From a virus, in the IMG/VR virus record IMGVR_UViG_3300050821_003843, positions 8,918-72,917 of that record: a DNA stretch of 64,000 nucleotides, one strand, 5' to 3'. This document shows positions 55,410 through 64,000 of this stretch, in pieces. Below the pieces are notes generated by a model, which searched no databases, was not told where the DNA came from, and saw nothing but the letters and a program-made list of their open reading frames with translations. A program made the translations under genes and the position numbers. Within the stretch, counting starts at the first letter, position 1. Each line of letters opens with the position of its first letter.

Positions 55410-56257
55410 TGGAAGAACTGACTCCAGTCATTGATGGTAGTGGTGAGGAACGTCGACTCGGACTATTGATGCCAGACGAAACAAACGTCTGCGCAGCCCC
55501 ATTCCTCGAAGACTCGATCCCTAACAACATTCTGACCGATGATCAGATCATGCAATTGATTACTGATCCCGGTCGTACGGCTGCTGTCGACATTTTCGAT
55601 GAACATTGGGTTAAGGAAGGGGACCAGAAGCAACATGGCTCGTGTAATGGTTGGGCTGCTGGTCAACTATTGAGTAAGACCCGATTTAAGCGAGGATTAC
55701 AAGACGGTATCGTGATGTCTGGTAGTTACGTGTACTCGTGGATCAATAATGGGCAAGACAATGGATCAGCATTAGATCGAGCAATGGCCGAACTTCAATC
55801 ACATGGGGCTCCACCAGCCTCGATGTGTGATGCGAATAAGATCTATCGAAAAGACACTCAACAGTTTGATGCAGAAGCGATGAAACACTTAGGCTTTGAT
55901 GCCTATGCGATCAAGACCAAACGTGGATTGGATAGTGCCTTAGCGTTAGGCTTTATCGTGGGGGTCGCGGTACAGGTCAACAACGCGTTCATGAATTACA
56001 AGGGGCAAGGATTGATCCCTGTCTCTACTGGTAACGGTAATCATGCTATCCATGCTGATGATATTCGCTGGAACCCAACTACTAAGCAATATGAGTACAG
56101 ACCAGTCAATAATTGGAACGTGACATGGGGCAATCGTGGTTGGGGCTGGACGACATTCGCTAGTTTCCAACAAACTATGCTACGTAATGAGAATGGTCAA
56201 CAATCAGGCGTCCACCAGTTCTACACCATTGTTTCGACGCAAGAGGCAGGAATGTGA
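55409..56257 (+). CDS. Papain-like (C1) cysteine peptidase
   Basis: DQ...GSC.GWA, GNHA, N.W...WG..G. Confidence 0.85.
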   Translation: MEELTPVIDGSGEERRLGLLMPDETNVCAAPFLEDSIPNNILTDDQIMQLITDPGRTAAVDIFDEHWVKEGDQKQHGSCNGWAAGQLLSKTRFKRGLQDGIVMSGSYVYSWINNGQDNGSALDRAMAELQSHGAPPASMCDANKIYRKDTQQFDAEAMKHLGFDAYAIKTKRGLDSALALGFIVGVAVQVNNAFMNYKGQGLIPVSTGNGNHAIHADDIRWNPTTKQYEYRPVNNWNVTWGNRGWGWTTFASFQQTMLRNENGQQSGVHQFYTIVSTQEAGM

Positions 56258-56258
56258 A

Positions 56259-56753
56259 ATGTGGAAATCTTACTTATTGGACTATTCTTCGGGTTTGTGG
56301 CAGGCGTCACTACTGCTGTTGCTATTGCCGCTCTCGTCGAATACACGCGCAAATGAGCCAATCTTTAAACCAACTGGCATCTATGCTGAAAAGTCACTTG
56401 CTGAACAATTTGTGGAAAGGATAGATGCTGTAAAAAAGTATCAAGAAAAAGAAGCTAAGAACGTCCCTCTAACAAGTATCGACCAATCACTTGGACCACA
56501 GTCAAGAAGACCAAAAGAAAATTATCACGCCTATAGTCCTTGGTATGTTGATGGACACAACACTTCAGACAGTCACTTGATCCATACGCACGGGGTGAGT
56601 CCTGAAACACTCAAGGGATTAACTCAAGATGAAAAGAATCGACTTCATGGGAAGATGCACGGTGAACAGGCTCGCGTATCAATGCCAATCGTTCGACAGA
56701 CACAATCAGGCGGATGCCCCAATGGCGTTTGCCCCTTAAATCGAAGGAGATGA
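56259..56753 (+). CDS. Secreted protein with His-rich motif and GGCPNGVCP tail
   Basis: Signal-like LLLLLLP; HL...HG ... LH...H. Confidence 0.5.
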   Translation: MWKSYLLDYSSGLWQASLLLLLLPLSSNTRANEPIFKPTGIYAEKSLAEQFVERIDAVKKYQEKEAKNVPLTSIDQSLGPQSRRPKENYHAYSPWYVDGHNTSDSHLIHTHGVSPETLKGLTQDEKNRLHGKMHGEQARVSMPIVRQTQSGGCPNGVCPLNRRR

Positions 56754-57088
56754 AAGTGACAGATCCAACTCCAACTCCATCAGGTACGGGTAACGGTGGC
56801 GTTAGTCCAGTAGCGTTCTGGTCCGCGATTATCACGTTACTCGGTAGTACGATTATTCTACCAATGTGGCAAATGTGGTTGTCTAATCAACACGAAATCA
56901 ATCGAGCGGAACAGGCAAAGGCAACCACAGTCGCCGTTGCGAAGGTACTTGACAATCAAGAACAGACGCATGAAGCCATCAAGGAAGTTTCCATGAAACA
57001 AACTGAGGCTGCTGAAAAAGTAGAAGAAGTTAAAGCGGCAACAAACGTTTTAGTAGATAAAGTTGACACAGCAAAGGGAAACAAATGA
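56750..57088 (+). CDS. TM plus coiled-coil protein
   Basis: One TM segment; EV..KQ..AAEKV.EV shared with 57311-57835. Confidence 0.55.
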   Translation: MKVTDPTPTPSGTGNGGVSPVAFWSAIITLLGSTIILPMWQMWLSNQHEINRAEQAKATTVAVAKVLDNQEQTHEAIKEVSMKQTEAAEKVEEVKAATNVLVDKVDTAKGNK

Positions 57089-57297
57089 CAAATATGTTAC
57101 TACTCGCCCAAGGGGGCTTTGGAATTATGCACTGGATCATCATTGTGATCGTGATTGCTGCTTGTGTGGGCATCATGTACGTTGCTCTTAATCAATTTGG
57201 TATTGCCATTCCGAATTGGGTCATCCAAATATTCTGGATCTGTGTTGTGGCCTTTGTAGCAATCCTCGCAATCAAATTTCTGATCGGTCTCGCGTAA
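57085..57297 (+). CDS. Two-TM holin-like protein
   Basis: Two long hydrophobic helices in 70 aa. Confidence 0.5.
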   Translation: MTNMLLLAQGGFGIMHWIIIVIVIAACVGIMYVALNQFGIAIPNWVIQIFWICVVAFVAILAIKFLIGLA

Positions 57298-57310
57298 TCG
57301 GTATATTTGA

Positions 57311-57835
57311 ATGGAGTCGGTGATGCTACTTGCTGCGATTGGACCAGATGGTTGGGTACTGATTATTGGAGCAATTGGACTAGCTCTAACGAATATTATC
57401 ACGAGTACCGTACAGATCATCATCGGGTATTTTCAAGAAAAGAACAAAATCCTACGTGAGGCGTTGATTGCACAACGGGTCAACGAAGTCGCTGTTAAAC
57501 AAGATCTAGCTACGGAAAAAGTAGCGGAGGTTTCTACTAAGCAGGATATCGCAGCCGAAAAGGTTGCAGAAGTTGCTACGAAGCAGGCGCAAGTCACGGA
57601 AGATACAAGTCAGATCCATCAATACTTGGTGGATAAGGTCGACAAAGTTGAAGAAATTGCGATCAAGACTCAAGCCTACGTGAACGGTGCTACAACTGTC
57701 CATTTGAAAAAGTTAGCGGAGGCACTGCATCGAGTTGCCCAACTGACTAAATCAGCATCAGATATCCATGCGGCCGACTTGGCGCAACAAGAGCTGGAAA
57801 GACACTTAGAAAACCAACCGAAAAAGGAAGCATGA
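57311..57835 (+). CDS. TM plus coiled-coil protein with 14-aa repeats
   Basis: V.EV..KQ..A.EK repeated three times. Confidence 0.55.
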   Translation: MESVMLLAAIGPDGWVLIIGAIGLALTNIITSTVQIIIGYFQEKNKILREALIAQRVNEVAVKQDLATEKVAEVSTKQDIAAEKVAEVATKQAQVTEDTSQIHQYLVDKVDKVEEIAIKTQAYVNGATTVHLKKLAEALHRVAQLTKSASDIHAADLAQQELERHLENQPKKEA

Positions 57836-58113
57836 TGACTGAAGAATCTGGGACGGTTAAGCATAAAGAACCACAATCGTTTACAGATAAGATCATCTTC
57901 GCTCAAAAGGTAAATACGGCTGTTACTGGTGGAGGCTTGCTGGTATTGACACTTGCCTTCATGGCACAAACGTGTGTTATCGCCATGCTCCATCAGACAC
58001 AGATGAACAAACTCGATGGACTGCAAGTACACCAGACAACGAACGTCGAGCGACCTAGAACAAATGAAGACAATGCTTATTCTATTCTCAAAAAACAAGG
58101 ACTAGTTGAATGA
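57832..58113 (+). CDS. Single-TM protein
   Basis: Hydrophobic central helix; AAGGA RBS. Confidence 0.45.
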   Translation: MMTEESGTVKHKEPQSFTDKIIFAQKVNTAVTGGGLLVLTLAFMAQTCVIAMLHQTQMNKLDGLQVHQTTNVERPRTNEDNAYSILKKQGLVE

Positions 58114-58346
58114 CTTGTGATGAAATCAATGCCGCTATTGCAGCCAATCAGGCACTTGTTACCGCCATCACTGCCACAATTTTAGCGGATGACGCGGCGG
58201 TAACAGCAGCAGGAGCAGCGGCTACAGCAGCAATGACCGCCTACAATGCTGCGATTACCCAATACAACAGTGATGTGACTCTACTGGGTTCTTACAATGG
58301 AATGATTACGATGTATCAATCTATGCTGTCAATGCAGGGTTGCTGA
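58110..58346 (+). CDS. Ala-rich helical protein
   Basis: Terminal Cys residues; Ala-rich coiled coil. Confidence 0.45.
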   Translation: MTCDEINAAIAANQALVTAITATILADDAAVTAAGAAATAAMTAYNAAITQYNSDVTLLGSYNGMITMYQSMLSMQGC

Positions 58347-58348
58347 AC

Positions 58349-58555
58349 ATGGTCACAATGACAACGAGTGGATTGATACTCACCGTGTGTTGTATCATCA
58401 TTGCTATTTGGGATTTGATTGCCGTTAAACGTTATGGAGTGAAGTACAGTGTCAGTTATTACATCCAACAGACTGGCGTCACGCATCCCACGTTGATATT
58501 TGCAATGGGGTTTTTGTGTGGCCACTTTTTCGCCGGAATGTCAATAAACCAGTAG
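58349..58555 (+). CDS. Two-TM holin-like protein
   Basis: WD....SVS...P...F..G.L.GHFF pattern. Confidence 0.5.
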   Translation: MVTMTTSGLILTVCCIIIAIWDLIAVKRYGVKYSVSYYIQQTGVTHPTLIFAMGFLCGHFFAGMSINQ

Positions 58556-58571
58556 ACTAAACAAAATCTCT

Positions 58572-60182
58572 ATGCCAGTTGCCACACTAATTCCAGCGAT
58601 CTTACCAAATGGTACTCCACCATTATTGGCCGCACCAACTGTACCTACAGTCAATGGGCAGTATTGGTCGTGGAGTACTAGTCTGAACTCGTTCGTTGTT
58701 ACGAATCCTCCCGTCTCACCAGCTTGGGGGTCGATCACAGGCACTCTGAGTAATCAGACTGACTTACAGAATGCGTTGAATGCAAAAGCAAATAGTTCTG
58801 CAATTTCTGCTGTTGGCTTCAGTGGTGCCTATTCTGATTTGAGTGGAAAACCTTCTCTTGCAGCAGTTGCAACATCCGGAGCCTATTCCGATCTGAGTGG
58901 AAAACCAACATTAGGCTCACTCGCTGCCGTGAGCAATCTCACAGGTCCGGTGACATCGACAGGCGCAGCAACAGCTATTGCCAATGGTGCAATCAGTAAT
59001 GCGATGTTGGCGAATGGGGCAGTAGCGAATCTATCTGGTACGAATACAGGTGACCAGAATCTTGCACTCTATGCACTTCTCTCAGGTGCGACATTTACCG
59101 GCGAAGTGGCAATCAACAGCGGCACAATCACCACAAACATTCCAGCATTAAGTATTACGCAGACTTGGAACAATTCAGCCACGACATTTGACGCTCCACT
59201 GCTGGTGAATGTCACCAATACGGCAAGTGCGTCCGGTTCGCTGTTGATGGATTTGCAGGTTGGTGGGACGCCACAATTCAGTGTTGATAAAGCTGGGAAT
59301 CTCGCCCTAACAGGCGGATTAAAACTCGTCAATGGCACAGCAAATATCACAAGCCCATTTGCAGCAGCATTTACACTGGCACTTGGGAACAGTTCTTCCA
59401 AGATGTATTCGCCGGGTACGTTGGGGATGACTGTCGGAACTGGTGGTGATGGCTCATTTGGAATAGGTAACTCGCTTGAAGGAACACCGACAACGGCATA
59501 TCTGTATGTGCCAGCAAATAACATCTTAGCAATGCAGAATGGTGCAAATGCACAAGAAGCCCGTTGGTACGAAACCTACACGTCGAGTACATCCTACGGC
59601 CGATTCGTCATCCGTACAGCGGCTGGCAATTACACGATTGGCAGTGAGCAAGGTTCAGGCGGTGGGACTGCAAGAGGGGTAAATATCCAGTCGGCTGGTG
59701 TGACTGCGATTGCGATTGACACGAGTCAGAACGTTGTAATCAATGCTGGGGGTCTAGCGTTATCGGGCTATCCTAAGGCTTTCAATCTTCAGACTGGTTC
59801 AAATAGCTATATGTACAGTGACGGCACAAATAATAGCTATTATTGTGACGGTACACATTATTTTTCAACTCCGGCAGGGTATGGAAAAAGCAATGTAGAT
59901 GCGGGTCAATTCCGCCCATCAGCAACTCAAACAGTCGTCAGCGGAGCAACAAGCGGCAACGCAACATTCAGTCAGCCGTTCGCAGGTACGTCCTACAAAC
60001 GTGTCGTCATCTATTGCAATGCTTTACTTGGGGCAGCAAGTTACACGTTCCCTGTTGCATTCACCAATACGCCCGAAGTGCTGAGTCAATCACTTGGTGG
60101 AATTGTGACGACGGTTAGCAGTACCGCAGTCACCGTGACAGGCACGACATCAACGGGTTTCATCGAACTTTCAGGATATTGA
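58572..60182 (+). CDS. Fibre/receptor-binding-like protein
   Basis: WG.ITGTLS.QTDLQ.AL.AK; [11 protein letters not shown] twice; Gly/Thr/Ser-rich; TFP.AF...P C-terminus. Confidence 0.7.
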   Translation: MPVATLIPAILPNGTPPLLAAPTVPTVNGQYWSWSTSLNSFVVTNPPVSPAWGSITGTLSNQTDLQNALNAKANSSAISAVGFSGAYSDLSGKPSLAAVATSGAYSDLSGKPTLGSLAAVSNLTGPVTSTGAATAIANGAISNAMLANGAVANLSGTNTGDQNLALYALLSGATFTGEVAINSGTITTNIPALSITQTWNNSATTFDAPLLVNVTNTASASGSLLMDLQVGGTPQFSVDKAGNLALTGGLKLVNGTANITSPFAAAFTLALGNSSSKMYSPGTLGMTVGTGGDGSFGIGNSLEGTPTTAYLYVPANNILAMQNGANAQEARWYETYTSSTSYGRFVIRTAAGNYTIGSEQGSGGGTARGVNIQSAGVTAIAIDTSQNVVINAGGLALSGYPKAFNLQTGSNSYMYSDGTNNSYYCDGTHYFSTPAGYGKSNVDAGQFRPSATQTVVSGATSGNATFSQPFAGTSYKRVVIYCNALLGAASYTFPVAFTNTPEVLSQSLGGIVTTVSSTAVTVTGTTSTGFIELSGY

Positions 60183-60185
60183 AAT

Positions 60186-60671
60186 ATGACATTCGCACTA
60201 ATCCCAGTCCAACTAGATCAAGATGTTGTCACCGAATGCAACAATCTGATGAACATTTTCAACGGGTACGCCCAAAATGATGAAGTACGCTTCAAACAAG
60301 GTTGGGAGATATTTTGGGCTTCAGACCGTGATGTGACTCGAATGCAAGCCATCTTGGACACATTCGCCACGCATACTTATATCGACCCGGCAACAGGATT
60401 GACGGTCAACGCTTTGACAGCTTACTTTACAAAGGCACTTGCTGAAATTGCAGATGTCAAACGCGAATTGCCGACAGCGTTCTCGGATGCAGTCTATGAA
60501 GTAACGGCAGTAATTACGAATGGTGTTGTCAGTGGAGCAACAGCTTTGCAACCAGACGGTACACTATATCAGAAATATCTATTTCCGGGGTGGTATTACA
60601 CAGTCGACAATACAGGACGCATGATTGTTAGTGGACCCGTTGTGTACGGAATCTTAACACCAGTCTCTTGA
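60186..60671 (+). CDS. Hypothetical protein (possible fibre chaperone)
   Basis: Directly follows the fibre gene. Confidence 0.45.
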   Translation: MTFALIPVQLDQDVVTECNNLMNIFNGYAQNDEVRFKQGWEIFWASDRDVTRMQAILDTFATHTYIDPATGLTVNALTAYFTKALAEIADVKRELPTAFSDAVYEVTAVITNGVVSGATALQPDGTLYQKYLFPGWYYTVDNTGRMIVSGPVVYGILTPVS

Positions 60672-60682
60672 AAGATTTGACA

Positions 60683-60925
60683 ATGAAAGAACTAACGGAC
60701 GAGCAAGTGAAACAATTTCAAGACACTGCTGACGCAGAACAAGTTGAAGAATCAAAATCTGACAGACTTAAACGTGAGTCTATGGAAGATAAGCGCGAAC
60801 GTGAACGTGAATTCACTGAAATTGTGAATGAAGCATCAAAACGCTTACGTGTGGCAATGATCCCAAAGATGGATATTGTTGGTAATACTGTAAGTTCAAC
60901 GATCATTATTCAGGCGCAAGACTGA
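60683..60925 (+). CDS. Small coiled-coil protein
   Basis: GAAAGATTTGACA-ATG leader. Confidence 0.45.
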   Translation: MKELTDEQVKQFQDTADAEQVEESKSDRLKRESMEDKREREREFTEIVNEASKRLRVAMIPKMDIVGNTVSSTIIIQAQD

Positions 60926-61758
60926 TGACAGTCCATACAGATGTACGCTACATTTCTTCGGCCACGGTAACAGCACAACCCTACTTAGGGTCTACTGCTG
61001 TTGGTTCCGCATTATCTACTTCTAAATTTGCCGATGATGGAGCTACTGCGCGTTTTGGAGTTGATTTAACGTCTGTGAACACATCTATTGACTCAGTGAC
61101 CTTCATTGTTGGTGGTAAGGGGATTGGAGATTCAGATGTTGCATGGGACGGGGTCAAACTCGTCACGAACATCGTCTTACAAGGTGAGATTAACGGTGCT
61201 GTAGGGTCTGGTCCAAATACGATTTTAGTGACTGTCAAGGATGGAAGTGGAAATCTTTTAACGAATGCTTCTATCTCTGCTAATTCAAACGGGGTTAAGG
61301 TTGCTTCTAATAAGACAGACAATACAGGGACAGCCCCACTGTTCATTAGTAATGGCACTTTTCAAATTGCCGCATTATGCAGTGGCTTCAATGGAAACTC
61401 ACAGACAATCACAGTCAGTTCAAATCAGAGTATAGAAATTGATCTGACACAGTTCACACCTGAGATTAGTGCTACCGGGTTGGTGACTGGCTACTTGACC
61501 TGTTATGACCAATCTGGTAATCCACTTAGTGGAATTGTCCATACGCTGGTAGTAGTAGAACTACCAATTGATGCGGTAGGACTGTCAATCAATGTGGGTA
61601 CAAGAACCATCACATCAGGGAGCGGAATGAACAATGTCCAATTTGCTGACTTAGTACCCGGAGGTCAATACTCGATTCAACGTGCTAATGGAGTTCCTAC
61701 CTACTTTGAAGCTCTTGAAACGAACTTTCCCATTGCGATTTCCGGGGCTGTTACATGA
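60925..61758 (+). CDS. Ig-like/carboxypeptidase-regulatory-like domain virion protein
   Basis: VTVKD..G..L..A.I ... TD..G.A ... G.F pattern. Confidence 0.55.
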   Translation: MTVHTDVRYISSATVTAQPYLGSTAVGSALSTSKFADDGATARFGVDLTSVNTSIDSVTFIVGGKGIGDSDVAWDGVKLVTNIVLQGEINGAVGSGPNTILVTVKDGSGNLLTNASISANSNGVKVASNKTDNTGTAPLFISNGTFQIAALCSGFNGNSQTITVSSNQSIEIDLTQFTPEISATGLVTGYLTCYDQSGNPLSGIVHTLVVVELPIDAVGLSINVGTRTITSGSGMNNVQFADLVPGGQYSIQRANGVPTYFEALETNFPIAISGAVT

Positions 61759-62243
61759 CGTTACTCCTCGGACAATTCAACGATTCACCGGCGGATGTGA
61801 TTGCACAACTGCTAATCGACTTGGGTTATGTAGAAGATCCAAATTTGGCAGGTACGGCAAAGTTGATATGGCCTGTCAGTGTCGATTCAGAACTTGCATC
61901 CCCCGACGATATCGTATGTATCACTAACACAGACCCCGTAAATAGCGGCAGAGTACAAGTCACGGGACAGATGAGTGAACTCTGGGGTATTCAATTCAAA
62001 GTACGTGCAGTTGACCCACAAGTCGCCTATCGAAAATCGAATCAACTTGTTGTTGCTATGGATCAGGAAATTTATCATCAAACCACCATCATCCATCCGA
62101 CCGCCACAACGTCAGGTGGTACATATTTTGTGGGCGCAATCACTCGAAAAAGTGGACCACTGTCTCTAGGTAGAGAAGCCAGTGCAACAAAGCGAAGTCT
62201 ATATACAATCAACGCGATTGTGGACATTATTCAAACCGCCTGA
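61755..62243 (+). CDS. Tail terminator/completion protein
   Basis: SPA......L...G, PD......T, Q..VRA, LG......R..Y..N; just before the tail tube gene. Confidence 0.7.
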   Translation: MTLLLGQFNDSPADVIAQLLIDLGYVEDPNLAGTAKLIWPVSVDSELASPDDIVCITNTDPVNSGRVQVTGQMSELWGIQFKVRAVDPQVAYRKSNQLVVAMDQEIYHQTTIIHPTATTSGGTYFVGAITRKSGPLSLGREASATKRSLYTINAIVDIIQTA

Positions 62244-62259
62244 TTAGGAGAAATGGAAC

Positions 62260-62742
62260 ATGGCTGCTCCAACCGCCAATGCAAGATCCACACCAACAGC
62301 ACAGAAGGTCGATCAGGGATTTAAGATCCTGATTTCGAACTCTGCAAATCTAGCTGTCAACTTTTGGGAAATTGAAGTCACGCCCCAAGGTGTCGACGGC
62401 GGTGACCCAATCAACACGAGTACTCAATTCAATAACAAGTATCACACGAAGCGGCCTAGAGCGTTGATTAACGCAATGGGTGGCAAAATGAAGGGTCAAT
62501 TGTGTGCCGGTACTCGCCACGAGGCAGAGGCGATGATTAACATCGAAGGGACCATCACGGAACACTACCCCGATGGTTCAACCTACGCCTACTATGGGTA
62601 CTTCAAAGACGTGAAATTCGATGCATTCAAGGAAGGTGAAAAGCCAACGGCTGAGATTGAGATTATCGAAACCGATTGGGACTATGTGAACAGTCTTGAG
62701 GCTGGACCAACCTATACGGCTGCTTCTGGTACTGCTGGTTAA
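62260..62742 (+). CDS. Major tail (tube) protein
   Basis: DGGD.I.T, T..YPDGS...F/YG; canonical position. Confidence 0.75.
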   Translation: MAAPTANARSTPTAQKVDQGFKILISNSANLAVNFWEIEVTPQGVDGGDPINTSTQFNNKYHTKRPRALINAMGGKMKGQLCAGTRHEAEAMINIEGTITEHYPDGSTYAYYGYFKDVKFDAFKEGEKPTAEIEIIETDWDYVNSLEAGPTYTAASGTAG

Positions 62743-62800
62743 TCAGTGGATAGTGACCCAAGGATGGGATTTTCTTTACTTATGAAAGTTGACACGAACA

Positions 62801-63256
62801 ATGAAAAAAGAACTAAGTGAACACGGTGAAATCGACCCAGAATCTATACCTGTTATCACAGAGGAAATGGAAGATATAAGTCTTGAACTGACAGAAGTCA
62901 AGGTCAAGTTGAACGGTAAGCCCCACATCATTGTCAGTGCTGACGGTGAGACGGCGACAGAATACCGCAACATGGCGTTGAAACACGTCATTATGCGTGA
63001 CAGTCAAATCGAGGGTAAGTTGCATGGACTGGCAGAATCAGAACCATTCTTGGTGAGTCGCTGTGTGTTTTTACTTGGTCCCAAGGATGAGCGTACTCCC
63101 TACACTTTGGACGTAGTGAAAAAGTGGAACAGTTCAGCTATTAAGAAACTATATAACAAGATTCGAGAGATTAGTGACCTCGAAGAAAAGGGCTTAGAAA
63201 AAGCAAAAAACTCGCCAAGCGATACGAAGGATGGATCTGGCTCGCATTTAAGCTAG
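62801..63256 (+). CDS. Tail assembly chaperone (G-like)
   Basis: Follows the tail tube gene; ends with slippery A-AAA-AAC. Confidence 0.7.
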   Translation: MKKELSEHGEIDPESIPVITEEMEDISLELTEVKVKLNGKPHIIVSADGETATEYRNMALKHVIMRDSQIEGKLHGLAESEPFLVSRCVFLLGPKDERTPYTLDVVKKWNSSAIKKLYNKIREISDLEEKGLEKAKNSPSDTKDGSGSHLS

Positions 63257-63570
63257 GTCATATCGGTCCACTACGAATCCTCATGAAGCGGATTCCGTAT
63301 CGCGAATATCTAATGTACATGGCGTGGCGGGAACAACAGTGGGAAAAGCCTTCACGTACCGATAACTACATCATGTCATTGACTAATGTGGTTCAAGGGA
63401 TTTTTGGTAAGGTGGAAGCCACACTCGAAAATTTCAAACTTAAGTTTGTACCTACCACGAAACCCATTGACCCCACTATCAAGTCCAAAGCCTACATCGA
63501 AGATCGTAAACGGGAAGCAGCAGCGAAGGCACGTCAACCCGGCAGACCTGGACCCCGACCGGGTATGTAG
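63205..63570 (+). CDS. -1 frameshift extension of the tail assembly chaperone (GT-like)
   Basis: A AAA AAC at 63205-63211; the -1 frame is open (LAKRYEGWIWLA..) into the ORF ending 63570. Confidence 0.8.
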   Translation, partial: KKLAKRYEGWIWLAFKLGHIGPLRILMKRIPYREYLMYMAWREQQWEKPSRTDNYIMSLTNVVQGIFGKVEATLENFKLKFVPTTKPIDPTIKSKAYIEDRKREAAAKARQPGRPGPRPGM

Positions 63571-63590
63571 TTGAATAGAATGGAGTGTGT

Positions 63591-64000
63591 ATTACGAACG
63601 AACAGGAAATAGAAAGGCTCGTGATCCGTTTAGTTGGTGATTCTGTTCAGTTCAAACAGATGATTAACGAATCCACCTCCATCGTTGATCGTTTCGCCAA
63701 TTCCATGAAACAGTATGGAGCACAGATTGCAGCCGGGTTAGGTGTGATTGGATTACTCGGTACAGCCCAACATGCGATTCATTTGGCAGCGGAACTTGAA
63801 TCAGTATCCATTAGTTTTGAAACGATGTTGGGGAGCGCAACCAAGGCAAAGGAAATGTTGGTTGAGATTCAGAAGTACGCATCTGCAACTCCATTTGAAC
63901 AGGCTCCATTGAGGGGTTCTGCGCAAATGTTGATGAATTATGGAATTGCTGCTAATCAGATCATGCCTACTTTGAGGATGTTGGGTGATGTGTCGGCAGG
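63591..64000 (+). CDS. Tape measure protein N-terminus (3'-truncated; probable AUU start)
   Basis: EIERLVIRLVGD, F.TMLGS...A..ML, A..TPFE, L..LGDVS; GGAG 5 nt before ATT. Confidence 0.85.
   Translation, partial: MTNEQEIERLVIRLVGDSVQFKQMINESTSIVDRFANSMKQYGAQIAAGLGVIGLLGTAQHAIHLAAELESVSISFETMLGSATKAKEMLVEIQKYASATPFEQAPLRGSAQMLMNYGIAANQIMPTLRMLGDVSA

Noticed and set aside
63205-63211. Tail chaperone -1 frameshift as a novelty
   Set aside because: A well-known lambda G/GT-type feature; listed as a feature only
1-64000. Genome-wide stop-codon reassignment
   Set aside because: Long conserved genes are intact in the standard code and TAA, TAG and TGA all end tightly packed genes; only two isolated internal stops were seen

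Overview
A 64-kb stretch of a tailed dsDNA phage (siphovirus-like; no integrase seen). The host may be a planctomycete, which is inferred only from protein style (CsrA, Tat/Sec peptides, a GGCPNGVCP tail, and a Pro-rich plus papain-like cluster). Layout: methyl/glycosyltransferase genes (1-2.4 kb); a leftward early region with repeated sigma70 promoters and two HTH paralogs (2.5-7.6 kb); recombination/replication genes (DUF559, RuvC-like, UDG, PD-(D/E)XK, AAA, CsrA, SSB, PolA, primase-helicase); an island of structured and tRNA-like RNAs (16.7-18.3 kb); a 5-hmdU thymidine hypermodification cluster (21.7-30.4 kb); then terminase, portal, MuF, protease/scaffold, capsid, neck, a membrane/lysis block, fibre and tail genes up to the start of the tape measure. 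The most striking signal is a possible translation-control layer. Two recurrent ribosome-binding-site classes (AAGGAACA and GAAAG(T)TGACAC) each have a phage hairpin whose apical loop is their reverse complement. Four key genes appear to need AUU/AUC starts, and there is a prfB-like +1 frameshift cassette, a hammerhead ribozyme and CsrA. The head proteins also look like Asn-delimited polyproteins carrying cargo modules. All calls are by-eye motif recognition; no searches or folding programs were run.
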